64,000 nucleotides of DNA from IMG/VR virus record IMGVR_UViG_3300043436_004687, positions 186,001 through 250,000 of that record; one strand, 5' to 3'. The translations under genes and the position numbers were made by a program. The notes beneath the pieces were generated by a model. The model searched no databases. It was not told where the DNA came from and was given only the letters and a program-made list of their open reading frames with translations. Numbering within the stretch: the first letter of the stretch is position 1; every line of letters starts with the position of its first letter. Below, piece by piece: positions 20,289 through 28,632 of the stretch.

Positions 20289-20879
20289 ATGTTACTTTCA
20301 AAAGAAAAGATATTAAAAAACGCAAAGAAATACTTTGAAACCGCTGAAACATATAAGTTTAGTTCAGAAGAATTAACAAATTTTCTTGGACAATCTTTTA
20401 TGATGGCCCCAGCATCAACATCAACAAACTTACACAATTGTTTTGAGGGTGGTTTAATAGACCATACTCTAAGAGTGGCTGCTTATGCTATTAAATTAAA
20501 TGAAAACCTACCAGAAGCTTTAAAACAATCAAAAGAATCGTTGATAAAGGTTTCTTGTTTACATTCAATAGGTAAAGCACATTTATACAAACCTAATCCT
20601 TCTGATTGGCATAAACAAAACTTAGGTGAGTTATATATATTCAATAAAGATGTTATTAGTATGTCAGTAGGTGAAAGATCTGCTTATTACGCATTATCAT
20701 ATGGAATACATTTAACTGAAATAGAATATCAAGCAATCATAGGTCATTCTAAAGATGTTTCAGATGCACAAAATAAATGGTATTCGCATACTTTAAGTGT
20801 CTTATTAAGACAAGCAATTGAATTGGCCATAATTGAAGAGAAAAATAATTTTAAAAATAAAATATTAAAAAATGAATAG
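20289..20879 (+). CDS. HD-superfamily hydrolase-like protein with degenerate HD dyad
   Basis: APAS...H.CFEGGLIDHTLRV, then CLHSIGK where LHDIGK is expected; E.QAI..H. Confidence 0.75.
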   Translation: MLLSKEKILKNAKKYFETAETYKFSSEELTNFLGQSFMMAPASTSTNLHNCFEGGLIDHTLRVAAYAIKLNENLPEALKQSKESLIKVSCLHSIGKAHLYKPNPSDWHKQNLGELYIFNKDVISMSVGERSAYYALSYGIHLTEIEYQAIIGHSKDVSDAQNKWYSHTLSVLLRQAIELAIIEEKNNFKNKILKNE

Positions 20880-21024
20880 ATACGAATATTTAGTTGCTAA
20901 TAATATGACCATAGAGCAATTAAATGGTATGGGGTCATTAGGTTGGGAATTAGTTTCTGTTGTAAATTTCCCAGGTGCAAGAATGGAAAGATATTACTTT
21001 AAAAAATTATTAAAAATAAAATAA
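20872..21024 (+). CDS. Small DUF4177-like protein (50 aa; absent from the ORF track)
   Basis: MNRYEYLVANNMTIEQLNGMGSLGWELVSVVNFPGARMERYYFKK; YEY...LN..G..GWELVSV...YYFK pattern. Confidence 0.75.
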   Translation: MNRYEYLVANNMTIEQLNGMGSLGWELVSVVNFPGARMERYYFKKLLKIK

Positions 21025-21029
21025 TAAAT

Positions 21030-21470
21030 ATGCAATTAAATTTAAAAAATGAATCCACTAACCCTAATCCAGAATATACAACCGATGGTGCTTCTGGGTT
21101 TGATATCAGATGTAGCGAAGATGGTGTCCTTAAATCTGGTGAAATAAAAGCAATTTCAACTGGTTTATTTTTCGAATTACCAACTGGGTTTGAAATCCAA
21201 GTACGTTCTAGAAGTGGGTTAGCAGTTAAATCTGGTGTAGTTGTTTTGAACTCACCAGGCACTATCGACGAAGATTTTTTAGGGGAAGTAAAACTAATAA
21301 TGATTAATCATAGTAAAGTTGATTTTGAATATAAATACGGTGATAGACTTGCTCAAGGAGTTGTAGCTTCAGTTACTGCAAAAACTAAAGTAAATTTTAA
21401 TGAAGTGAAAGAATTTACAAAAGAAACTGAACGTGGAAATAACGGATTTGGATCAACTGGTATAAATTAA
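21030..21470 (+). CDS. dut: Trimeric dUTPase
   Basis: GASGFDI, RSRSGLA, NSPGTIDEDF.GE, GDRLAQ, RG..GFGSTG. Confidence 0.96.
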   Translation: MQLNLKNESTNPNPEYTTDGASGFDIRCSEDGVLKSGEIKAISTGLFFELPTGFEIQVRSRSGLAVKSGVVVLNSPGTIDEDFLGEVKLIMINHSKVDFEYKYGDRLAQGVVASVTAKTKVNFNEVKEFTKETERGNNGFGSTGIN

Positions 21471-22493
21471 ATGATAAAGCAAAATAAAATAGGGCTTGAA
21501 AGTAGAAGTCAAGCAAATCCATTTAGAGAAGATGGGTTTTTACCATTAATTACTTCTAATATGTTCAGTGTAGTTGGGTTAGAAAACTACCAAACATTTC
21601 TAGATAATAAAATTAATGTAGCTTTGCCAAGAGGTAATGAATATGTTAAAGATAAAAATGTTTGGAACAGTCTATCGATAAATGATTTTGAGGAAAAATA
21701 TAATAACCCTAATGTTGATTGGCTTGAAGATTTTTATGCTAACATTTTAATTGATTGTGCCAATGGGAATAACCCTAGATTACATTTGATAATTAAAAAA
21801 GCTAAAGAAATTTATGGTAACAGAATTAAAATTATGTCTGGTAATATTTCTAGTGTTGAAGCATTTATTGAATTAGCAAAATCTGGTTGTGATTATATTA
21901 GAGTTGGTGTAGGTGGTTCTAATTCTTGTAACACTAGTCGCAATACTGGTGTTGGACAAACTAATTTAGGTAAATTAATTAAACAGTGTGACCAAGCTAG
22001 AGAAGAATTATATATTATTAGGGATGTTAAAATAGTTGCTGATGGTATTTCAAGTTATGTTTCATTGTGTGAAAAAAAATATGGTTATTTGGACAATGGT
22101 TATGCTGCTATAAATAAATTATTATATAATGGTGCTGATTTAGTAATGATTGGTAAATTATTTGCACAATGTGAAGAAAGTAGTGGTGAGAAAAAACATT
22201 CTGGTAAGATAAAAATAAATCATAATTCTCAATTAGCTTACCTTGTAGACCCAAATTCATCTTTATTAGTTAAATATCAAGGTATGAGCACCAAAGAAGC
22301 TCAAGGTAATTATAATATTAATTTAAAACATTCTGAGGGAAACACATCTTGGGTTGAGGTTAAGTGGAAATTAAGTGAATGGTTAAATGGTTCAATAGTT
22401 GATAGTGATTATTTACCAGGTTTTACAAATTGTCTTAAAAGTGCTATGAGTTATGTTGGTGCTAAGCATTTAAATGATTTTTTTAAAAAATAG
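21471..22493 (+). CDS. GMP reductase / IMP dehydrogenase family protein
   Basis: ILIDCANG, IRVGVGG...C.T...TGVG (catalytic Cys), IVADGI, GADLVMIG, YQGMS, LKSAMSYVGA; no CBS domains. Confidence 0.88.
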   Translation: MIKQNKIGLESRSQANPFREDGFLPLITSNMFSVVGLENYQTFLDNKINVALPRGNEYVKDKNVWNSLSINDFEEKYNNPNVDWLEDFYANILIDCANGNNPRLHLIIKKAKEIYGNRIKIMSGNISSVEAFIELAKSGCDYIRVGVGGSNSCNTSRNTGVGQTNLGKLIKQCDQAREELYIIRDVKIVADGISSYVSLCEKKYGYLDNGYAAINKLLYNGADLVMIGKLFAQCEESSGEKKHSGKIKINHNSQLAYLVDPNSSLLVKYQGMSTKEAQGNYNINLKHSEGNTSWVEVKWKLSEWLNGSIVDSDYLPGFTNCLKSAMSYVGAKHLNDFFKK

Positions 22494-22494
22494 G

Positions 22495-22525
22495 TTTGAT
22501 TTATAAAAAATATAAACTATATTTG
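22495..22525 (+). promoter_or_regulatory. Bacteroidota-type promoter for the coiled-coil gene plus RNA unit
   Basis: TTTG 22495-22498, 19-nt spacer, TATATTTG 22518-22525, 21 nt before ATG 22547. Confidence 0.78.
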
Positions 22526-22546
22526 CAACATAAAAATATAAAAAAT

Positions 22547-23065
22547 ATGGAAATTACAATTACAGAAGCATTAAGGTTAAAAAGTGATTTATCAAAAATA
22601 GTTAACACCTTAAAAAATAAAATTAGGTACTCTTCTTTTGGTGATAATTTTGAGGATGATCAGAAAACATCTAAAGATGAGGATAAATTTGTTGATGTTG
22701 AGACATTATTAATCACTTCATTGAGTTATTCAGAAGAGTTGAATAATTCTTTATCTGACTACAATAAAGATAAACAAGTTGATAAATTGGTGAGAAAAAT
22801 GCAAAACGCTAAACTTTTACTTGAAGTTTATGAATCTTCTTTATCAAAAACAAAGGCTACTTCTCAAACAACCTTTGTAAATCTTGGCACTTCAAGACAA
22901 TCAGTTGTACATAAATTTGTACCCACTGTAACATCAAAAGAAATAAAAACTAGAATATCACTTACTAAAGATTTGGTCAGACAATACCAATCTAAAGTTG
23001 AAGAGTTAAATCAAGGTAAATTAACCTTATCCTTCAATTATGATAATATTGAAGAATTAAATTAA
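22547..23065 (+). CDS. DIP1984-like alpha-helical coiled-coil protein (172 aa)
   Basis: Starts MEITITEALRLKSDLSKIVNTLKNKI (x-EAL-x-K/R-x-L pattern); helical throughout; ends ..QYQSKVEELN..L. Confidence 0.65.
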   Translation: MEITITEALRLKSDLSKIVNTLKNKIRYSSFGDNFEDDQKTSKDEDKFVDVETLLITSLSYSEELNNSLSDYNKDKQVDKLVRKMQNAKLLLEVYESSLSKTKATSQTTFVNLGTSRQSVVHKFVPTVTSKEIKTRISLTKDLVRQYQSKVEELNQGKLTLSFNYDNIEELN

Positions 23066-23072
23066 AAGTATT

Positions 23073-23336
23073 ATATCTTAAGTTAGTATAAAAACTGTCG
23101 GTGGTTTCATCGAATAGGGTTCAAATTCACTGAATTATTTGATATTTTATTATTTGTTAGAAAACAAATTTCAAGGCAACTATATACATAAATTATGTAA
23201 ATTTAAATTTAAGGGTAGTAGAGGATTGATGTTAAAAAGCCTTAATCACCAAACACACGTAAAACTATGTAAAATTGTAATCATGTAAAATTGTTTGAAG
23301 CGGAAAAGCTTATTTAATTTAGAAAACTTAGGGTAT
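23073..23336 (+). ncRNA. Candidate structured ncRNA with tandem GUAA repeats
   Basis: No long ORF. 5' atatcttaagtt (23073-84) pairs with 3' aacttagggtat (23325-36). Seven internal stems; followed at once by a terminator. Confidence 0.65.
23259..23294 (+). repeat. Short tandem GTAA repeats, including a 12-nt direct repeat atgtaaaattgt x2
   Basis: GTAA at 23259, 23269, 23277, 23285; atgtaaaattgt at 23267-78 and 23283-94. Confidence 0.85.
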
Positions 23337-23341
23337 TTTAT

Positions 23342-23375
23342 AAAACCACATAAAAATTAATTTTTATGTGGTTTT
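23342..23375. terminator. Palindromic intrinsic terminator
   Basis: Perfect 34-bp palindrome aaaaccacataaaaatt|aatttttatgtggtttt plus T tail. Confidence 0.85.
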
Positions 23376-23424
23376 TTGTTGATTATTAAGTATTAAATGC
23401 TTATATTATAAAAAATATAAATTA

Positions 23425-24921
23425 ATGATTACAATAATTTGTTCGTCACAACATAATCTTGATTCTTTTAAAGAACATATAATAAACTTATCGGGGTTAC
23501 AAAAAAATGAAATACAATTTTTAGGTTATCTTAATAATGGTGAATTTTCTTTATCTGAAATTTATAATAAGGGTATTATAGAATCAACGAATGATTATTT
23601 AGTTTGTGTTCATGATGACATCAGATTAGAAAAAAATTGGGGTGTTAAATTATTAAAAGATTTTAATGATAACCCAGGTTTTTCAATAATTGGTAAAGCT
23701 GGTTCTTGTTATTTCCCAGAAAGTGGTATATTTTGGGAGCGAATGCAATATACAATGGTCGGGCAGGTTTATCACCACCCTAAAGATGGGAAAAAATTCT
23801 TATCTAAATATTCCCCTAAATTACCTTTTTTAGTTCCAGTAGTTACCATTGATGGTTTATTTATAGCCTTCAATAAAAGAAAAATAAAATATAATTTTGA
23901 TGAAACATTGAAGGGGTTTCATTTTTATGATCATGGTTTTTGTCTACCCAATTATTTAAGTGGTGTTAAAATAGGTGTAACATCTTCATTTGAAATTACT
24001 CATAACTCATTGGGTAAACCTAATGAAACTTTTTTTGAAACTAAAGAAAAATTTGTTGATAAATATAAGGGCCTTTTACCTTTAGATTTAAAACCAAATA
24101 GTGTTTATTATAATGAGGTTAAAAATAAGGTTAGAAATTCTGGTAAGGTGGCGGTGATCATCCCAACTAAAGGTAACCTTGAATTATTATTTCAATGTGT
24201 TGATTCATTCTTTTTGAATTGTGATTCTAACACTTTTGATATTATTATAGCTGATACTGGTTCAACTAAAAAAGAATTATTAGAAATTAAGGAGCGATAT
24301 AGTAATAGGGTAAATCTAGTTGAATACAATTATTATAACTTTGCTAAAATTAATAATGATGTGGTCAAAAATTTAGATTGTCAATATGAATATTTATTAT
24401 TTTGTAATAATGATATAAAATTGTTAAATGATGTAGTGTCTGGTATGCTTAAAGTTTTTAAAGAAAATAAAAAAGCTGGTACCGTTGGTTGTAGATTACA
24501 TTTCAAAGACAATACCATCCAACATGATGGAGTATTTTCTGTTATACATAAAGAAAAAAGAAGTTTTAATGTATCACATATAAATTTAAATAATTATTAT
24601 AATTATAAATTAGGTTTAAATGAGGTGATTGGTTCTACAGCTGCTTTATTAATGATTAGGAAAAATACATTTATCAATGCTGGTATGTTTAATGAAAATT
24701 ATAATGAATGTTTCGAAGATGTGGAATTGAATATGAAATTAGTTACTATGGGTTATAAAAATTATTGTCATAGTGATTTAGTTGCATATCATTATGAGTC
24801 TCAAACTAGGAACCAAGATGTAAATAAAAACGATAAGTTAATGAGGGATTATAATGAAAATCTTTTACCATTCTTCAATCAAAATATCAATAAATTAAAA
24901 GAAAAAACAATATTTATATAA
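23425..24921 (+). CDS. Two-domain GT-A (GT2) glycosyltransferase
   Basis: N-domain YNKGI...VCVHDDI...IDGLF...FHFYD; C-domain VAVIIPT, IIIADTGS, LFCNNDI, FEDVELN. Confidence 0.92.
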   Translation: MITIICSSQHNLDSFKEHIINLSGLQKNEIQFLGYLNNGEFSLSEIYNKGIIESTNDYLVCVHDDIRLEKNWGVKLLKDFNDNPGFSIIGKAGSCYFPESGIFWERMQYTMVGQVYHHPKDGKKFLSKYSPKLPFLVPVVTIDGLFIAFNKRKIKYNFDETLKGFHFYDHGFCLPNYLSGVKIGVTSSFEITHNSLGKPNETFFETKEKFVDKYKGLLPLDLKPNSVYYNEVKNKVRNSGKVAVIIPTKGNLELLFQCVDSFFLNCDSNTFDIIIADTGSTKKELLEIKERYSNRVNLVEYNYYNFAKINNDVVKNLDCQYEYLLFCNNDIKLLNDVVSGMLKVFKENKKAGTVGCRLHFKDNTIQHDGVFSVIHKEKRSFNVSHINLNNYYNYKLGLNEVIGSTAALLMIRKNTFINAGMFNENYNECFEDVELNMKLVTMGYKNYCHSDLVAYHYESQTRNQDVNKNDKLMRDYNENLLPFFNQNINKLKEKTIFI

Positions 24922-25703
24922 TGGTTTTAGGTGTAAGTTACAATGTGTTTGATGGTATTGAATTATTAACTAAATCAATTAAAAGTATTCGAAGTTCAGT
25001 TGATTATATATCAGTTATATATCAAAATACTTCTAATTTTGGTAATGAGATAAGTGAGAATAATTTAGATTTATTTTTAAAATTAAAAAAAGATAAGTTA
25101 ATAGATGATTATTTAGAATATAAGCCTAATATTAAATTACAGCCTCATCAAAATGAAGTTAATAAACGGAATTATGGTTTAGCAATGTCTGAAGCTAATG
25201 GTTGTACTCATCATATGTCAATGGATACTGATGAATTTTATGATGAAGTTGAATTTAACAATGTGAAAAAAATAATAATTGAGGGTGATTATGATTCATC
25301 TGCTTGTCAAATGATGACTTATTATAAATCAGGTGATTTTGCATTGTCACCAAGTGAAGAGTATTTTGTCCCGTTTATAGTTAAGTTAGGTATTGATGTA
25401 AGATATGATATGAATAATCAATTTCCAGTTTTAGTAGATTCAACTAGAAAAGTTAACGGTAAAAAATGTTTATTGTTAGATAGACAAACCATTCAAATGC
25501 ATCACATGTCTTATGTTAGAAACAATCTATATTTAAAATTAAATAATTCTTCGGCTAGATGTAATTTTAAAGATATTGACTACATAGTTGATTATTTCGA
25601 TAAATGGTCATTCCCTAATAAAGCGTTAATGGGTGGTTTACCAAATTGGTTTAGTGATATTGTAAAAGTTGAAAATAAATTTAATATTAATGAGCGAAAT
25701 TAA
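24921..25703 (+). CDS. GT-A-fold glycosyltransferase-like protein
   Basis: VSYNVFDG, KRNYGL, MSMDTDEFY (DxD), MHHMSYVR. Confidence 0.75.
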   Translation: MVLGVSYNVFDGIELLTKSIKSIRSSVDYISVIYQNTSNFGNEISENNLDLFLKLKKDKLIDDYLEYKPNIKLQPHQNEVNKRNYGLAMSEANGCTHHMSMDTDEFYDEVEFNNVKKIIIEGDYDSSACQMMTYYKSGDFALSPSEEYFVPFIVKLGIDVRYDMNNQFPVLVDSTRKVNGKKCLLLDRQTIQMHHMSYVRNNLYLKLNNSSARCNFKDIDYIVDYFDKWSFPNKALMGGLPNWFSDIVKVENKFNINERN

Positions 25704-26334
25704 TGTAGATGTTATAATATTATCTGATATTAAAACGAGTGATTTGACTTTACAATCAATAAAAACTTTAAAAGAGTCTGAAACTAATATTAATTTTAAT
25801 ATAGTTGTCATAGAAAATTCAACACATTATTATTCTGGTGTAACAAATTTAAAATTAAATTTGGAATTCAATTATAATATGTTTATGAATCTTGGGGCTA
25901 AAGCAACTAATAGTGATTATATTGTATTTGCAAATAACGATTTAATCTTCAATAAGAAGTGGTTTTCTGAGTTATTAAAGTATGATTTTGATTGTATGTC
26001 ACCAAGATGTCCAGTTGATGTGAGACAACAGAATATAAATATGGATTTTATTAGTGGTTATCAAGTTGGAAATGTTTTTAGCGGTTGGTGTTTTGTTTTA
26101 AAAAGAAAAATATGGGAACAAATAAATGGTTTAGATGAAGATTTTAAATTCTGGTATGCTGATAATGCTACAATAGAACAATTAAAAACTATAAATGTCG
26201 TCCCTTATTTAATTACCAACTCAATAGTAGAACATTTAGGGAGCAGAACGTTAACAAAAGAAACTAAAGAATTACAACATCATCTTACGGGTGAACAAAG
26301 CAGAATTTTTTATGAAAAATATGGAAGAAAATAA
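25690..26334 (+). CDS. GT2 glycosyltransferase
   Basis: VDVIILS, FNYN..MN.GA, VFANNDL, GLDEDFKFWYAD, VEHLGS; likely start ATG 25690. Confidence 0.88.
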   Translation: MSEINVDVIILSDIKTSDLTLQSIKTLKESETNINFNIVVIENSTHYYSGVTNLKLNLEFNYNMFMNLGAKATNSDYIVFANNDLIFNKKWFSELLKYDFDCMSPRCPVDVRQQNINMDFISGYQVGNVFSGWCFVLKRKIWEQINGLDEDFKFWYADNATIEQLKTINVVPYLITNSIVEHLGSRTLTKETKELQHHLTGEQSRIFYEKYGRK

Positions 26335-26941
26335 CTTTATTCACCCAACTTCAATAGTTGAAGATAATGTAATATTAGGTAAAAATAATTATATAGGGCC
26401 ATTTTGTCTTATTAAAAGTGGTACTATAATTGGGGATAACAATAGATTTGAGGCTTATGTTTCTATTGGAACTAATCCAGAACACAAAGAATTTTTTACT
26501 GGAAGTGACTATTCGGTGACTATAAATAATAATAATACTTTTAGAGAATTTGTTACAGTTAATTCAGGATCTGTTAAAGACACTCTAATAGGTAATAATT
26601 GTATTTTATTAAGAAATTCACATGTTGGTCATGATTGTATTTTAGAAGATGGTGTTACTTTATCTTGTAACGTATTAGTTGGTGGACATTCTTTAATTAA
26701 ACAAGGGGTTAATATGGGTTTAGGTTCTATTTGTCACCAATATTCTATTTTAGGTGATTATTCTATGATAGGTATGGGTGGTATTGTTACCAAATCAAGT
26801 AATATTAAACCTGGTTTTATTTATGTTGGTAATCCTTGTAAAGTTTTAAAGGTAAATGAAATTGGTCTTAAACGAAATAACATTGATGTTAATAAATGGG
26901 AAATGTTATCTAAAAAATACGAAGAATTATGTTTGAAATAG
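26321..26941 (+). CDS. LpxA-like left-handed beta-helix acyl/acetyltransferase
   Basis: IHPTSIV, IGPFC.I, FREFVTVNSG, SHVGHDC.L; hexapeptide repeats; lacks the LpxA C-terminal helical domain. Confidence 0.85.
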   Translation: MEENNFIHPTSIVEDNVILGKNNYIGPFCLIKSGTIIGDNNRFEAYVSIGTNPEHKEFFTGSDYSVTINNNNTFREFVTVNSGSVKDTLIGNNCILLRNSHVGHDCILEDGVTLSCNVLVGGHSLIKQGVNMGLGSICHQYSILGDYSMIGMGGIVTKSSNIKPGFIYVGNPCKVLKVNEIGLKRNNIDVNKWEMLSKKYEELCLK

Positions 26942-27552
26942 GTATAGTAGTGCCTTGTTGGGGAAGGCCTCTCAGAACCAGACGAATTATAGAAGCTATT
27001 TTAAATCAAAATATAAATAATTGGGAAGCTTTTGTTATAGGGGACGGTTGCCCATTATTCCAAAAAATGATAGATTCTGGGGAAGCTAATATTTATATTG
27101 AGAAAGCTGAAATAAATGGAAATAAATTGCATTTATTTAACTTAGATAGAAATTATGGTGGTTTTGGTTATAAAATAGTGGACTATGCTATTGAAAATTC
27201 AAAATCCAAATATTTTATTTTTGCTGGTAATGATGACATTTTACTTGAAAATCATTTTGAGCATTATCTAAGTGAAGTTGATGATTTTGATATGATAGCT
27301 TACCCCACATTTGTAGGTCCTACTAAATCAATTAGATACCCTAAATTAGAATGTAGCAGTGTCGGGCATTCTGAAATAATAATTAAAACTGAATTAATTA
27401 AAGATTATAAACATTCTTCAAATTATGGGCATGATTGGAATTTTATTGAGTTCATATTAAATAAAACTAACAAAATTAAAATATCAAATAACACAAATTA
27501 TACTTATATAGTTACTCATATTCCAGGAATAACTATTGACATAATAGATTAA
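26929..27552 (+). CDS. GT2 glycosyltransferase
   Basis: IVVPCWGR, FVIGDGC, FAGNDDIL, YGHDW.FI. Confidence 0.85.
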   Translation: MFEIGIVVPCWGRPLRTRRIIEAILNQNINNWEAFVIGDGCPLFQKMIDSGEANIYIEKAEINGNKLHLFNLDRNYGGFGYKIVDYAIENSKSKYFIFAGNDDILLENHFEHYLSEVDDFDMIAYPTFVGPTKSIRYPKLECSSVGHSEIIIKTELIKDYKHSSNYGHDWNFIEFILNKTNKIKISNNTNYTYIVTHIPGITIDIID

Positions 27553-27565
27553 AAATAAATAAATT

Positions 27566-28435
27566 ATGATTTCAGATTGGCTTAAAAGAAAATTAGCAAT
27601 GGTTGCATTGGCAACAGCAAATGTAGAAAAAAATGCATTTAATAATCAAGGTAATATGCTTTCAGATGGTATAGGGCACCAAAGATTAAAAACAACTGAT
27701 TCTTTATCGGAAGCTTTAAAACGTGGTGAAGTTACTGCTGAAGTTGAAGCATTAAGATGGCGCATGTACAAGATAATTGATCATCTAGACGGTAGAAAAA
27801 CCAATATAATTGGAACTGAATTAGATGAAAATGGTGATGAGAGGTATATTACTGAAACTGTTGCTAAACGTAAACCTAATATGAGACAATATATGGTAGA
27901 TCCTTACGATAGTTATCCTTTGGAAATTATCGTGGTAAATGATAAAACTGTTATGGGGATTACTGAAGCTAATCAGAAATTAGAAGATCAAACCATTATG
28001 GTAAATAGAAGTAATTTAAATAAGGTGGATATTGAATATTCTACCACTAAAATGTGTGTTAGAGATATTGGTGGAGGTCAAAAATTATTAGAATTTTATA
28101 TTTCTCAATACCCAAACGAATTTGATAGAAAAACTAGGTTGATGATTTCTGAATTAGAAAGATGTTCCAATGGTTTTAAATCAAATATTTTAGATATTGA
28201 TGGGGTTGGTTTTCAAAGTGTGAATTCAACTATTGGTGTTTCTCCTAATTTATTATATGAATATGAAATTTTAGGTTTTGATAAAATTGTTAAATTTAAT
28301 GGGCATTATATTGTTAAATTTAAAGCTAATGTTATTGTTGATGGTGAAAACATATTTGAGAAATACAGAGTTGAAAGTCTTGATCAAAAATATAATGAAA
28401 ATTTAAGTAAAAAAAATACTGATTATTATTTATAA
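27566..28435 (+). CDS. Hypothetical protein
   Basis: 289-aa ORF. Confidence 0.7.
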   Translation: MISDWLKRKLAMVALATANVEKNAFNNQGNMLSDGIGHQRLKTTDSLSEALKRGEVTAEVEALRWRMYKIIDHLDGRKTNIIGTELDENGDERYITETVAKRKPNMRQYMVDPYDSYPLEIIVVNDKTVMGITEANQKLEDQTIMVNRSNLNKVDIEYSTTKMCVRDIGGGQKLLEFYISQYPNEFDRKTRLMISELERCSNGFKSNILDIDGVGFQSVNSTIGVSPNLLYEYEILGFDKIVKFNGHYIVKFKANVIVDGENIFEKYRVESLDQKYNENLSKKNTDYYL

Positions 28436-28437
28436 AT

Positions 28438-28529
28438 TTGGTTACAGACGTGTAAATCGTAAGATTAGGAATTTATTTTAAATTATATCTTCGGATTAAA
28501 ATAAGCTAACTAAGGAAATCGTAAGTTCC
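28438..28529 (+). ncRNA. Candidate small structured RNA
   Basis: ttggtta/taactaa closing stem, aatc-GTAA-gatt (GNRA) hairpin, atc-TTCG-gat hairpin on a ttatttta/taaaataa stem, second ggaa..c-GTAA-g-ttcc hairpin. TATTTAT motif 4 nt upstream, terminator downstream. Confidence 0.6.
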
Positions 28530-28532
28530 ATT

Positions 28533-28562
28533 AAACTCACAATATTATTGTGAGTTTTTTTT
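28533..28562 (+). terminator. Intrinsic terminator
   Basis: aaactcacaata-t-tattgtgagttt plus T run. Confidence 0.85.
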
Positions 28563-28632
28563 ATTTATTAAACATTTACATTTTTATGTTAATAATTAAA
28601 TTGAAGTTATATAACAGAATTTAATTTTTAAT

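Noticed and set aside
23259-23294. CRISPR array or mini-array interpretation of the repeats
   Set aside because: Units are 4-12 nt with linkers of only 4-6 nt; there are no 25-40-nt repeats with spacers and no cas gene in the window.
28438-28529. Hammerhead ribozyme or group I/II intron fragment
   Set aside because: Lacks the CUGANGA core and recognisable P7 or domain-V consensus; kept only as an unclassified RNA candidate.
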